Origin: Candidatus Bathyarchaeota archaeon
Lineage (GTDB): Archaea > Thermoproteota > Bathyarchaeia > 40CM-2-53-6
Direction: 5' to 3'
DNA length: 64,000 bases
Assembly (NCBI GenBank): GCA_963733055.1
Contig: CAVTBR010000001.1
Coordinates: 1,280,001-1,344,000 of the forward strand
The notes below the pieces were generated by a model, which was given only the letters and a program-made list of their open reading frames with translations, had not been told where the DNA came from and ran no database searches. Shown piece by piece: positions 9,229 through 19,581 of the stretch. The position numbers were made by a program, and so were the translations under genes. The first letter of the stretch is position 1, and the number at the start of each line of letters is the position of its first letter.

Positions 9229-10236
9229 TTGATCATGAAACTATCGGTCATCATCAGTCCTTGGCGGCGTGAGGAGAGTGTCATACGAGTGATACACCGT
9301 GGCGCTCAACAGAGTCTTCAAAGAGAGGATTATGAGATGATAATTGTCGACAGGACCCCTGAGGGGTTCTACCGTGAGGCGGTTGAGATTCTCAAGGCCT
9401 CATCAAAAGTCAGTCTAGATTATTGCTTGCTAAACGACATGAGTAGAGCCCGAGCTAACAACACCGGTCTACGACGGGCTTCGAATGAAGTAACCCTCTT
9501 CTTAGCAGATGATTTCGTTCCCTCCTTCAATCTATTTGAGGAGCACCTCGCTTTTCACAGAGCCTCTCCTGCGGCTTCAACGGCGGTCAGTGGAGTGATG
9601 AGGTGGGATCCAGGCTTGCCCTTCACAGATCTGAGAAGGTGGGTGGAACTCAACATAACCACCGTGCCCCAACTGCTCCAAAATGAGCATCTTCACCCTC
9701 TTAACACGAGCTGCGCTAACTTCTCCGTGAAGAAGAGGTTCCTAGAGGAGAACGGCCTTTTCGATGAGGATTACCATGAGGAGGGTTATGATGACATAGA
9801 CCTTATCGTCCGACTAAACGCGGCAGGACTTACAGTAACCCTCGATCGTGAATTGATAACTTATCATGATGACCCGCTCGACTTACGAGAGCTGGCAAGG
9901 CGTTGGCGTTGCGTCGGACGGGGTGCAAGAGTCTTTGACATTAAACATCCAAACCTACGCCCGAACACGGAGCCACAAGACGCGACACAGCCAATTCCGA
10001 CGCTCTTTCTACAATGCGCCATTAGCGGTTCCTTATCGACGGTAACCAGACTTCGCGCCATGAGAGAATATCATTATCTGAAGCGACTCGAGCTCGCGTT
10101 CAAAAGAGGATACAACGATCCAATTGATGTTCACACACCTCAGCGACCACCCAGTCAAGGAGAGGCTCAGATTGGAAAATCATCCAAAGAAATGCTGCAC
10201 TCAGTAGTCGAAGAGAGTCGAAAAACACATCTCTAA
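9229..10236 (+). CDS. GT2 family glycosyltransferase
   Basis: LSVII, EMIIVD, ARANNTG, LFLADD, GLFDEDYHEEGYDDIDL. Confidence 0.88.
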   Translation: MIMKLSVIISPWRREESVIRVIHRGAQQSLQREDYEMIIVDRTPEGFYREAVEILKASSKVSLDYCLLNDMSRARANNTGLRRASNEVTLFLADDFVPSFNLFEEHLAFHRASPAASTAVSGVMRWDPGLPFTDLRRWVELNITTVPQLLQNEHLHPLNTSCANFSVKKRFLEENGLFDEDYHEEGYDDIDLIVRLNAAGLTVTLDRELITYHDDPLDLRELARRWRCVGRGARVFDIKHPNLRPNTEPQDATQPIPTLFLQCAISGSLSTVTRLRAMREYHYLKRLELAFKRGYNDPIDVHTPQRPPSQGEAQIGKSSKEMLHSVVEESRKTHL

Positions 10237-10299
10237 TCTGTAGGGCTGCTCGATTGTTCAAGCGAACCCCAACCGTTTCTCCTATAGGAATCTAGTTCG

Positions 10300-12309
10300 A
10301 TGGCGACGCTGAGCGCTCGCGATGAAGCAGAGCCGTGGATAAGTAGTATGACCAAATCCGAAGCAGATGCTTCCATCAGCGAGCTAGAGCTCAGATACCG
10401 AAATTTCCCGAAAGCTTTCCTGTTTTTTTCAAGCATTATTTTGGCTGTCTTCTTAGCGGTCGCTCTTCCCAGAAGGGTGGTAACCAACTTCGTGAGATCT
10501 CAAGCTTCGAGAATTGACCAGCTAACTCCACTCAACACTCCCCTCGGGGTGATTAGAAGGATGGTCGGCAACTGCCTTCTTCAAATCATGATCAAAGGCA
10601 CAAGAGGATTTCTCAAGGAGGCCACCGGTAGGCTGCTGCGGAAGGACTTACTTATCGAGACAATGACGACTATGGACGATGAATACCGGGTATGGCTTAA
10701 GCGTCACGCCTTCACACCGTCAAGGCTCAGGATGTTAGAGAACGACACATTGAGCCTCAGACGGTTACCGAGAATCTCCATCATAATGCCAGTCTACAAG
10801 ACTAATATTGCAATCCTACGACGAGCTATCAATTCTGTTCTTAGCCAAGTCTATCCGCACTGGCAGCTATGCATAGTCGACGATGGATCCCACAGTCCCA
10901 AGCTCAAGAAGATACTCTCAGCTTATGCTTCCAAGGACCGACGCATAACCTTGAGCGAGTTGGAAAAGAATAACGGCATCGCCGCTGCTTCCAATCACGC
11001 TCTCCACATGGCCACGGGAGAATTCGTGGGGCTCCTAGATCATGATGATGAATTGACACCTGACGCATGTCTAGAAGTCGTGAGGGCCTTAAACAACGGT
11101 CCCGACATCGACTTACTATATAGCGACGAGGACAAGCTAGATGAGTCTGGGAAGAGGGTTGAAGCATTCTTCAAGCCTGACTGGTCTCCTGACCTGATTC
11201 TTTCAGAGAACTACGTAAGCCACTTCTCAGTCTTCAGAAAAGTTGTGGTTGAGAGGATAGGAGGTTTCAGGAATGGGTTTGAAGGAAGCCAAGACTATGA
11301 TCTAATTCTTCGGGTGGCAGAAACGACGAATAGGATTCACCATGTGCCAAAACCGCTATACAGTTGGAGGAAGTTTCCGGGTTCCGCGGCTCACTCGCCA
11401 GATTCAAAACCTTACGCGTATAAATCAGCCAAGAGAGCGTTGCGCTCAGCTCTGGTAGCTCAAGGCATTGCCGCCGAAGTCACCGATGGTCGTCTCCTTG
11501 GTCAATATAGAGTCTCGTATCGGATTCATGGGAATCCATCCGTAAGCGTGATAGTGCTGGCGAGTGATGGCGGGTCATTGTATCGTTGCGTACGTAGCAT
11601 CAGGTCGAAATCAACCTACCCGCACCTTGACGTCGTCGTTTTACTCAACCACCGAGCCGAAGGGAACGAACAGGAAACCCTACGGAAGCTGGGATGCAGG
11701 ATAGTGGAATCCGATCGTGGCATCAGTTATTCGAGCATAAATGAAGTTGTCAAGACCCACGCGCTTGGCGATCACCTAGTCTTCTTGAGTGGCCGCATAG
11801 AGGTAGTCGCTCGTAACTGGGTTGAAAGCATGCTGCAACACAGTCAACGCGAAGAGGTGGGAGCAGTGGGCGGAAGACTGGTTCTTCCTAACGGCAACGT
11901 TCTCTTAGGCTTCTCAGGCTCAGGCGAGCACGCGTTTCGCATGGTTACCGCCGACTGGCCAGGCTACTTCGGGCTACAGGATGTTGTTCGTAATTGTTCT
12001 GCGGTTACGCTGCACTGCATGATGACAAAGAAGACCGTCTTTGAACATCTCCAGGGCTTCGACTCAGCTTTCAAAAGGGAACTAGCAGATGTTGACTTTT
12101 GCTTTAGAGCTAGAAAGAACGGTCTTAACATCGTCTACGAGCCCGACTCAGAAGTAAATTATCGATCGCCACCGGCTTCAATCACGTCCAGCTATTGTGA
12201 GTCAGATCACAAACGCTTCAGCAGGCGGTGGCATGGTCTTCTACGGCACGGAGACCCATATTACAACCCCAACTTGGATCCTAACCGACTCTACCACATT
12301 GCACGTTAA
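10300..12309 (+). CDS. Tandem two-domain GT2 glycosyltransferase
   Basis: ISIIMPVYKT, IVDDGS, LLDHDDEL, YSDEDK, GSQDYDL, second domain with CSAVT and DVDFCFR, ending DPYYNPNL. Confidence 0.9.
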   Translation: MATLSARDEAEPWISSMTKSEADASISELELRYRNFPKAFLFFSSIILAVFLAVALPRRVVTNFVRSQASRIDQLTPLNTPLGVIRRMVGNCLLQIMIKGTRGFLKEATGRLLRKDLLIETMTTMDDEYRVWLKRHAFTPSRLRMLENDTLSLRRLPRISIIMPVYKTNIAILRRAINSVLSQVYPHWQLCIVDDGSHSPKLKKILSAYASKDRRITLSELEKNNGIAAASNHALHMATGEFVGLLDHDDELTPDACLEVVRALNNGPDIDLLYSDEDKLDESGKRVEAFFKPDWSPDLILSENYVSHFSVFRKVVVERIGGFRNGFEGSQDYDLILRVAETTNRIHHVPKPLYSWRKFPGSAAHSPDSKPYAYKSAKRALRSALVAQGIAAEVTDGRLLGQYRVSYRIHGNPSVSVIVLASDGGSLYRCVRSIRSKSTYPHLDVVVLLNHRAEGNEQETLRKLGCRIVESDRGISYSSINEVVKTHALGDHLVFLSGRIEVVARNWVESMLQHSQREEVGAVGGRLVLPNGNVLLGFSGSGEHAFRMVTADWPGYFGLQDVVRNCSAVTLHCMMTKKTVFEHLQGFDSAFKRELADVDFCFRARKNGLNIVYEPDSEVNYRSPPASITSSYCESDHKRFSRRWHGLLRHGDPYYNPNLDPNRLYHIAR

Positions 12310-12431
12310 GCCATGTTCCGCAGTCAATTGGGAAACTTTCTCGGTTCGGTGAAATGAATTGAATAAGAAAGTTTTGAAAGGCGTTGGGTTCGACCAAGTT
12401 TTTCGTTAATGCATACCTGATTTGGGTCTAA

Positions 12432-13394
12432 CTATTGGCCAGCGTCCGTTAATCCGACATTCTGTAGCACCCGCATCGCTGCCAACGTGGACCAACGGCT
12501 CGGCACGATGGGGGGCTCGACCTCGAGTCTAACAGTTTCAGCCATCATCTTCGCATAGATCGGCTTGTAGGGTGGGTCACCTTCAGGGTCGACATCGGGG
12601 TGAGTGGCATCGAGTGCCCAACGACCGTCCACGGATCTTTTAGAAAGGAGCAAGTCGAGTGCGGGTTTGAGGCGCGCGTCCTTCGGGTCGCCTAGGGTTG
12701 TGGCCAGCTCAAGGCCTTGGAGGAAATCGTAGTAGTAATGTCTAGGGAAGTGGATGCGGCGCCAAGGCTCGTACCCCGCGTCGACGCCGAGATGTTGTTC
12801 GAGGAAAAATACAACGCCACGATTGATAGCATGTTCAACGTCAGTCGAGCGCTGTGACGAGGGGATCGTGCCTAGTGCGGCGAGCGGCTCCCATGAGTCG
12901 ACCGTGCTACCGGGCTCATCTTCGGGGAAGCAGTTCCAACCACCATCCGCGCGCTGATGCGCGAGGAGCCACTCGACACCTTTCTTCACGCGTGGGTCGC
13001 CGCCACGGTCGAAGTGCGTAGCTGTACGCACCATGTTTCCGGTGACACAGAGGTGGCTGTCGCTTCGTCCGAAACCTCCATCGGGTTTTGCGAAGGTTGC
13101 GAGGCATGCGTCCAGGGTTTTCGTGATGCGCTCATCGTTACTAGGCGCATTCATTTGGGCGAGGGCTATGAGTCGATGATAGGGCGCGCCGTACTTGGGC
13201 TCCCAAAGGTCGGTAGCGTTAGAGGTAACGGTCAAGCCGTTGAGGATTCTAGCAATTGAGCCATGGATGAGAGATTCTTTCTGTGCCGCCATCACTGCAG
13301 GGTCGTCGCGTGCGCGGCCGTCGAAATACATCAGAGCCTGTGCTCGCACACCAGGTTCAGTTGCATCTACGAGCCAGGCTGTGGTTGCATCCAT
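12432..13394 (-). CDS. Prenyltransferase/squalene-cyclase-repeat alpha/alpha barrel protein
   Basis: QW-type repeats WLLAHQRADGGWNC and LLLSKRSVDGRW, FPRHYYYDFL, PSRWSTLAAMRVL. Confidence 0.75.
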   Translation of the reverse strand: MDATTAWLVDATEPGVRAQALMYFDGRARDDPAVMAAQKESLIHGSIARILNGLTVTSNATDLWEPKYGAPYHRLIALAQMNAPSNDERITKTLDACLATFAKPDGGFGRSDSHLCVTGNMVRTATHFDRGGDPRVKKGVEWLLAHQRADGGWNCFPEDEPGSTVDSWEPLAALGTIPSSQRSTDVEHAINRGVVFFLEQHLGVDAGYEPWRRIHFPRHYYYDFLQGLELATTLGDPKDARLKPALDLLLSKRSVDGRWALDATHPDVDPEGDPPYKPIYAKMMAETVRLEVEPPIVPSRWSTLAAMRVLQNVGLTDAGQ

Positions 13395-13528
13395 GCGGCT
13401 TCAGGGTTGGAGATGCCTGGAGGTTCTTTCAAAGTTTTTGAAATTTCAAGAACACATATTATGAGAGATTCATCAGATTGATGGTGCAACAACTAGGCGG
13501 GCAGTTGTCCAATAGGAGGCGAGGTTAG

Positions 13529-15289
13529 ATTCAGAATAAGATCGTAGAGAACAAACGTCCACGTACTAAGCTCCCTCTATTCCAAGGGTTACTGCCTTTA
13601 GGCAAAGCCGAGATCCCGAAGGACATTCTTGCAGGAGTTACGCTGGCCACTCTCGCTATCCCCGAGGTTATGGGGTACGCGAGAATCGCAGGCACTCCGA
13701 TAATTACCGGTCTCTTTACGATACTTGTTCCGATGGCCTTGTACGCCCTGTTCGGGTCGTCGCGTCACTTGGTGGTCGGGGCGGATTCTGCAACTGCCGC
13801 TGTTTTGGCCGCGGGCTTGGTTGGCATCGCCACGATTGGTTCTCCTGAATACTTGGCCTACGCGGGGTTGCTGGCGTTGATGGTTGGGATTATGCTGATT
13901 GGCGCGCGTTTGGTAAGGTTGGGGTTTCTCGCGGATTTTCTCTCACGAACCGTGTTAGTCGGTTTCCTCGCGGGTGTTGGGGTTCAGGTCGCCATTAGGC
14001 AGATTCCTGATATGCTCGGAATCCCTCCTCACGGTACTGGACCAGTACAGGAACTAGTCACTGATCTCGCGCAGCTATCCAAGCTGAATGCATACGCGTT
14101 AGCAATCTCCCTTGCCGTATTGGTAATGATACTTACCATCCGGAGAATTTCGAGAAAGATTCCGATCGCTTTGATCGCAGTAATTGGCCTAATCGTTGCG
14201 AGCTATACCCTCAACTTAGCCTCCTACGGCGTTGATATGGTTGGGCGAATTCCCGGTGGTCTACCTCAGGTAGGTTTTCCGAATGCACCGATAAGTTGGA
14301 ACATACTTCAACAACTCTTTCCCGCCGCCCTTGCGATGTTCATAATAGTCGTGACCCAAAGTGCGGCCACGTCCCAGGCCTACGCCACTCGTTACAATGA
14401 ACAGTTCGACGAGAACGCCGACCTGATCGGGCTGGCCGTCGCCAACATAGGCGCTGGACTATCTGGAACATTCGTAGTGAATGGCAGCCCAACCAAAACC
14501 GAGATGGTTGACAGCGCCGGCGGTCGCAGCCAACTTGCGCAGCTCACAACAGTTGGCATCGTCGTGGCTGTTCTACTCTTCATAACCGCCCCGCTCTCAT
14601 ACATGCCAATCGCCGTTCTCGCTGCCATCGTTTTCATCATAGCCGCTGAATTGGTTAACGTTAAGGAAATGCGGGAGATCTTCGTGCAGCGCCCAAGTGA
14701 ATTCTGGGTGGCGGTTGCAACTGCCGCAACTGTTGTCCTCGTCGGTGTCGAGCAAGGAATACTCCTCGCAATCGCATTATCCCTCCTCGACCACACCCGG
14801 AGAGGGTATAGGCCTAGCAATAGCTTACTCTCAATTGACGACCGCGAGCACTGGCGATGGGTTCCTACTACGTCGCCCGTCCAATTCCTTCCAGGCGTTA
14901 TTGTGTACCGATTCAACCATAGCATGTACTACGCAAATTGCCAAGGCTTCAAAGAAGAGGTCCTCCGATTAGTGACGGACGCAAATCCACAGGTCTCTTG
15001 TTTCTGCTTGGATGGGTCCGCGATGGATGATGTTGACTTTTCCGCGGCTGCGGCGTTGCGTGAGGTCTACGGAATGTTGAAACAAAGAAGAATCACCCTC
15101 GTCTTGGTCGAGATTCAGGAGAAGGTTTGGACCGAGTTTGGCCGGTACAAGATCACGGAATTGATTGGAAAAGAAAATTCATTCAAGACGATCTACGATT
15201 TTGCGGGCTCCTTCAAGCAGCGAGGAGGTGCCGTCGACAAACCTAATTACGGAACAGAGAATCAATCTTCCAAACCTAGCTTACCCTAG
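13529..15289 (+). CDS. SulP/SLC26 anion permease with STAS domain, probable non-AUG start
   Basis: DILAGVTLATLAIPEVMGYA lies upstream of the first ATG (13670). YALFGSSRHLVVG, C-terminal STAS. The frame opens at ATT 13529. Confidence 0.88.
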   Translation: MQNKIVENKRPRTKLPLFQGLLPLGKAEIPKDILAGVTLATLAIPEVMGYARIAGTPIITGLFTILVPMALYALFGSSRHLVVGADSATAAVLAAGLVGIATIGSPEYLAYAGLLALMVGIMLIGARLVRLGFLADFLSRTVLVGFLAGVGVQVAIRQIPDMLGIPPHGTGPVQELVTDLAQLSKLNAYALAISLAVLVMILTIRRISRKIPIALIAVIGLIVASYTLNLASYGVDMVGRIPGGLPQVGFPNAPISWNILQQLFPAALAMFIIVVTQSAATSQAYATRYNEQFDENADLIGLAVANIGAGLSGTFVVNGSPTKTEMVDSAGGRSQLAQLTTVGIVVAVLLFITAPLSYMPIAVLAAIVFIIAAELVNVKEMREIFVQRPSEFWVAVATAATVVLVGVEQGILLAIALSLLDHTRRGYRPSNSLLSIDDREHWRWVPTTSPVQFLPGVIVYRFNHSMYYANCQGFKEEVLRLVTDANPQVSCFCLDGSAMDDVDFSAAAALREVYGMLKQRRITLVLVEIQEKVWTEFGRYKITELIGKENSFKTIYDFAGSFKQRGGAVDKPNYGTENQSSKPSLP

Positions 15290-16356
15290 GATCCTTTGCG
15301 CCAATCCTCGTAATCCTCGTGAACTGCCTCGGTCATCTTGACCATTGCTGAATGTAACCAATCATGTTTTCTTCTCGCGAGATCTTGCCGTATATCATTT
15401 ACCGCAGACTTGCTTCCTAAGTGAATGTTTGCAGTTTCAAATCCCATCGCCCCCAGAAGGTGTTCTTCACCAACTCTCTTGGGCAATTCAGTAAGTTCGA
15501 TTCTCGAACAATCTGGGGCAAGCCGGCGAACGAGCCAGCGTCCTCTTACTCGTACGAGTGGATCCGCGGCCCGGCTCGCGGAGTCGAGAATTTCTCCGTA
15601 GAGAATCCTCTTTGAGCCTTTTTGGTCATTGGCCCAAACGAATGCTGACGGAGCCAAAGCTTTCGCTTCACGAGCTATTCGGCCTCCTTCCCACTTGGCA
15701 AGGGCAACAAATCGCTCGCCACCAAGGCTTCCAACTCCTGCCACACGGTGCACGGTCCGGTACGGGTCTTCCGGAAGTAAGCTCTGGAGTGCCTTCCTAG
15801 CGCTCTTGGGAACGTCGCGCACATTAGCTAACTTATCCAGTTTGGCCCAGAAGCGAAAGGCATTTCGAAGCTCCCCCATTGCTGCCTCTCGCAGCCACCT
15901 ATGATGTTCTTCAAGAACGAACGGCACTCCGCCCGCCTTCAAGCCTGCTGTATAACCACCGAGGATTGCCCTGGAGGCACGTGCATTGCTGAGCTTGAGA
16001 TGGCCGGCTTTGATGGCAAGGTTCGCGCTGACCGCCAAGCGGACCAAATCATTGGCATATGACATGAAGTGGGTTTCATCGAAGTCGTTGACTCCCCATA
16101 TCAAACGGCCTTCGCCGTCGCGCCAAGTTCCAAAGTTTTCAACGTGCAGATCGCCCACCGCGAGCACGATCGGCGCTCTCGCTAACTCGGGACAAACGGC
16201 GGGCCAGATTTGAGCCCAACGATAGAAAGTAGCGCGTAGGAATGTGAAGGGGTGTTCCGTCATCAGGACATGCTTTAGGTCCAAATCCGCTTGGACGATA
16301 GGGATTCGTTTCCCAAGCCAATTCTCAAATTTCCTAGTAGCCTTAGAAATCTTCAT
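15286..16356 (-). CDS. DUF2252 family (kinase-like fold) protein
   Basis: PFTFLRATFY, GDLHVENFG, GVNDFDE, RVAGVGSLG, REAK. Confidence 0.85.
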   Translation of the reverse strand: MKISKATRKFENWLGKRIPIVQADLDLKHVLMTEHPFTFLRATFYRWAQIWPAVCPELARAPIVLAVGDLHVENFGTWRDGEGRLIWGVNDFDETHFMSYANDLVRLAVSANLAIKAGHLKLSNARASRAILGGYTAGLKAGGVPFVLEEHHRWLREAAMGELRNAFRFWAKLDKLANVRDVPKSARKALQSLLPEDPYRTVHRVAGVGSLGGERFVALAKWEGGRIAREAKALAPSAFVWANDQKGSKRILYGEILDSASRAADPLVRVRGRWLVRRLAPDCSRIELTELPKRVGEEHLLGAMGFETANIHLGSKSAVNDIRQDLARRKHDWLHSAMVKMTEAVHEDYEDWRKGS

Positions 16357-16456
16357 CCCGCATTCATCGCCAACACTATTACGTATCTGTAAACTAGGTG
16401 AATTCCTTAATTATCCTAGCAATAAGTACCCAGTTTCGTCGGTCGGTAGAAGAAAA

Positions 16457-17299
16457 TTGGCTTTCACGGTCGCCCTCGTCTCACGCTTAGATGAACCACG
16501 GGCACTCGAGATCGCAGCGGATCTGGCACGTCAGTTGAGGAAGCGTCGCATTTCGGTGATTGCCGAATCGGAATTGGCTAAGAGAGGCCGGCTGGGCGGC
16601 GGGAAAGATCTAAGCGACCTCAAGGCTGACTTGATGGTTACTGTGGGAGGTGACGGAACCGTTCTGAAGACTGCCATGACGATTCCCGACAAGGAGACGC
16701 CCATCCTAGCTGTGAACATGGGACGGCGAGGCTACCTCACCGAAGTTGAACCCAACAAGGCAGTCTGGGCCGTTCAACAATTCAGTAAAGGCAAGTATCG
16801 GCTTGAGAAACGCGCCAAACTGGCGATTGACATGAACGGTATGAATGTGGTTGATGCGCTTAACGAGCTCGTTGTATCCTCGGGAAGCCCATCCAAGATG
16901 CTTGAACTCATGCTGGGGGTTGATTCTCAACCCCTGTTACAATTCAGAGGAGACGGCGTAATTGTCTCAACTGCAACCGGTTCAACTGCCTACGCGATGT
17001 CAGCCGGTGGGCCTATCGTCGATTCATCCGTCGACGCCTTCGTGATCACCTTCATCTGTCCGCTCGACCTGGTAAGACCAACAGTCTTGTCAATGGAGAG
17101 AAAACTGTCGGTTCAGATGGTTGATCCGAAGTTGAAAGCCCTAGTTGTGGCTGATGGCCGCTTCCAGAGGGAGCTTACGCGCGACGTGAAATTGACCCTC
17201 ACGAAATCGAAGCACTACACAGCTTTCGTTCGACTGGGTCAGGAAACCCCAATGGGAAGTCTAACGCGCCTGCACGAAATGGAGCGCACAAGTTCCTGA
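16457..17299 (+). CDS. nadK: NAD(+) kinase
   Basis: VGGDGTVL, ALNE, GDGVIVSTATGSTAYAMSAGGP. Probable TTG start 16457. Confidence 0.93.
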   Translation: MAFTVALVSRLDEPRALEIAADLARQLRKRRISVIAESELAKRGRLGGGKDLSDLKADLMVTVGGDGTVLKTAMTIPDKETPILAVNMGRRGYLTEVEPNKAVWAVQQFSKGKYRLEKRAKLAIDMNGMNVVDALNELVVSSGSPSKMLELMLGVDSQPLLQFRGDGVIVSTATGSTAYAMSAGGPIVDSSVDAFVITFICPLDLVRPTVLSMERKLSVQMVDPKLKALVVADGRFQRELTRDVKLTLTKSKHYTAFVRLGQETPMGSLTRLHEMERTSS

Positions 17300-17823
17300 A
17301 AGTTCTCGTTCTGGATACGTCCGCCCTCATCATGGGACTCGATCCGCTCGGCCTAGAATTCGATAGTTATTCAGTGCCTGAGGTTGCTGAGGAACTCCGC
17401 CAGCAGACCGGACCATCGTACAGGTTAACGGTATCAAGCTCTTCAGGGAAAATGAAAATCAAAGCCCCCACCTCTACTTCCCTAACCGAAGTCTTCGCCA
17501 GAGCAACAAAGCTCGGCGACAAAGTTGTCCTCTCCAAGACAGATACAAGCATCCTTGCCTTGGCCCTGGACCTCAGCAAGGAGGGCTTGGCCCCCGTAAT
17601 TGTGAGCGACGATTACGCCGTTCAGAACGTTGCGGAATCTCTCAGCCTAGCCTACCAGTCATTAGCTACCATTGGTATTCGCCAGAAATTCAACTGGGTT
17701 CTCTATTGCCCAGCCTGCTACAGAAAATATCCAACTGGCGATACCGAGGTCTGCTTGGTCTGCGGCACGAGACTGAAACGGAAACCGCTCACGAAAGAGC
17801 CGACCAAGCAGCGAAGCAGCTAA
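17296..17823 (+). CDS. nob1: Nob1-family PIN endonuclease with zinc ribbon, probable CTG start
   Basis: KVLVLDTSALI upstream of ATG 17332, LSKTDTSILALA, SDDYAVQNVA, CPAC...CLVCG. Confidence 0.88.
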   Translation: MKVLVLDTSALIMGLDPLGLEFDSYSVPEVAEELRQQTGPSYRLTVSSSSGKMKIKAPTSTSLTEVFARATKLGDKVVLSKTDTSILALALDLSKEGLAPVIVSDDYAVQNVAESLSLAYQSLATIGIRQKFNWVLYCPACYRKYPTGDTEVCLVCGTRLKRKPLTKEPTKQRSS

Positions 17824-17827
17824 CGGT

Positions 17828-18835
17828 TTAGGACTCCTGCTGTGGTTGCATTTTCGGGTTTATTCTCCGAGCGTAGTCAAATAGATACAACTGCGCGTAA
17901 CCCGCCCACTCTCGATAACGCTCACGCAGAAATCTAGCAGTCTTTAACCTGCTGACCTTTCTACCGCGGAAGTATAACTTCGTAACAACTCTGTGAATCC
18001 ACACGTCCACTGGCGCGGCCTCAAGACTCCCAGCCCCATAGAGTAGAAAACAGTCGGCAACCTTTGGGCCAACGCCCGGGAGTTCAAGAAGGGAGGTCAT
18101 CGCATCTTCATAGGTCTGCTTCGTTAACTCGGTCAAATCGAGTTCACCGTTAACCACCATTCGCGAAACCTGCACAACAGGCTTGGCTCGATACCCCATC
18201 GACGTTTTTGATCTGAGCGTCCTCGGATTCAACTTAGCAAGCACTTCTACTTCTGGGAAGAGAAACGATGAAGAACCGTCCGGGAAGCTTACTCGCGGAC
18301 CAAAGTATTGCATCATAAGGCGAGCCGTCCGATTCCATAACCTTACAGAATTATTCTGTGAGAGAATTGAACAGATCAAGGCCTCATAGAGATCTGCGCC
18401 ACGCATCAAACGTAGGCCCCGTAGTTTCTTGAAGGTTGAAGACAACGGTTCATTTTCATCGGCGAATTTCTGGTAGAACGAGGTCACATCATCTTTCAGG
18501 CCGAGAACGTGTTCGAGATGTTTCTTCAAATCCTCAACGATTCTATCGTCCCAAGAAGTTGCCATCGCTTGAACCTTCAGAACGAAGGCGTCCACGTCAC
18601 CGGATTGGTTCACAGTGTACTTCACTGGGATGCCGTTCAGGACTTCAACATCAGTGAAGGATGTGCCTTCCTTGAGCCACTCTGGTTCACAAGTTTGCGC
18701 GCTGAGCTCGGTCTCCGCAAGGTTCAGGGGACCATTGATTTCGCCGGATGGAATCTCAAATGAGTACGCTGGGGGAAGCATTGCGGAGCGGCCACTCGTG
18801 TCATTTGCGCCCTTTGGGGCATTGAGCCGCTGCAA
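17828..18835 (-). CDS. ogg: 8-oxoguanine DNA glycosylase (OGG1-like HhH-GPD)
   Basis: ILSQNN, GYRAK, LLELPGVGPKVADC with catalytic K, PVDVWI, AGYAQLYLF. Confidence 0.87.
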   Translation of the reverse strand: MQRLNAPKGANDTSGRSAMLPPAYSFEIPSGEINGPLNLAETELSAQTCEPEWLKEGTSFTDVEVLNGIPVKYTVNQSGDVDAFVLKVQAMATSWDDRIVEDLKKHLEHVLGLKDDVTSFYQKFADENEPLSSTFKKLRGLRLMRGADLYEALICSILSQNNSVRLWNRTARLMMQYFGPRVSFPDGSSSFLFPEVEVLAKLNPRTLRSKTSMGYRAKPVVQVSRMVVNGELDLTELTKQTYEDAMTSLLELPGVGPKVADCFLLYGAGSLEAAPVDVWIHRVVTKLYFRGRKVSRLKTARFLRERYREWAGYAQLYLFDYARRINPKMQPQQES

Positions 18836-18897
18836 GCGAACCTACGTCTTATAAGAGATCGTAAAATCATAAGAATCATCGGGTTGTAGGTTGTCGA

Positions 18898-19509
18898 ATG
18901 ATTCCGCATGAATTAGTGAAGAAGGCTCAGGAGCTTAAGTCGAAAGGTCTCTCAAACTATGACATAGCCGATGAATTGAAAGTTCAACCGGATACGGTCG
19001 TCTGGTTGCTACTCAAGGGGAAGGAACGAGCGGCGATACATCCCCCCCACGATGTATTTGTCGACTGGAGTTCTCTCGCATCGCACGCGAAACGTATGTC
19101 GGCGGTCGCCGAGGCATTGGCTAATTTGGCGAAGGAATCCGTTCGTGCATCGGAGTTCAGTGAGCCGGATGTGGTTGCCGCGATTGAGGGGAGCGGGATG
19201 GTTTTGGGTGTCGAAATCGCAAAAGAGCTCGATAAGCCATTCGCAGTTGTGAGACCGCACCGAGTTGCTCAAAGAAAACTCCCGGGCCTGGTTAATCCCT
19301 CATTTCACAGTGTTGCGGGAAAGAAAGTTCTGATTGCGGATGCCGTGTTGCGAGCGGGTGAAACTCACAAGGCGGCCATCCAAACCCTGCGGAAGGCTAA
19401 GGCGAAACCCGTGGGCATTCTCGTTTTGGTAAATAAGAGCGGAAAGACCAGGATCGAGGGAGTTCCGTTGAAGTCCTTGCTGCAAATCCTACCCGTCACT
19501 ATGCCTTGA
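18898..19509 (+). CDS. HTH + orotate phosphoribosyltransferase-like protein (GfcR-like regulator)
   Basis: ELVKKAQELKSKGLSNYDIADELKV HTH, DVFVDWSSL, degenerate PRPP loop VLIADAVLRAGET. Confidence 0.8.
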   Translation: MIPHELVKKAQELKSKGLSNYDIADELKVQPDTVVWLLLKGKERAAIHPPHDVFVDWSSLASHAKRMSAVAEALANLAKESVRASEFSEPDVVAAIEGSGMVLGVEIAKELDKPFAVVRPHRVAQRKLPGLVNPSFHSVAGKKVLIADAVLRAGETHKAAIQTLRKAKAKPVGILVLVNKSGKTRIEGVPLKSLLQILPVTMP

Positions 19510-19581
19510 ATCTTCGTCGCTCGCGTTTCAGACAATTATTCGGAAGGCACCGATTGAGGGCTTTCCGAGTTAGATCTTCGC

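Noticed and set aside
12432-13394. Squalene-hopene cyclase call
   Set aside because: Only about 320 aa and no DxDD catalytic motif, so kept as a generic QW-repeat barrel.
16244-16456. Long N-terminal extensions in the ORF track (nadK, also dys, DedA, Lrp, DUF4258, GltB amidotransferase)
   Set aside because: They overlap neighbouring genes or lack family similarity, so downstream starts fit better.
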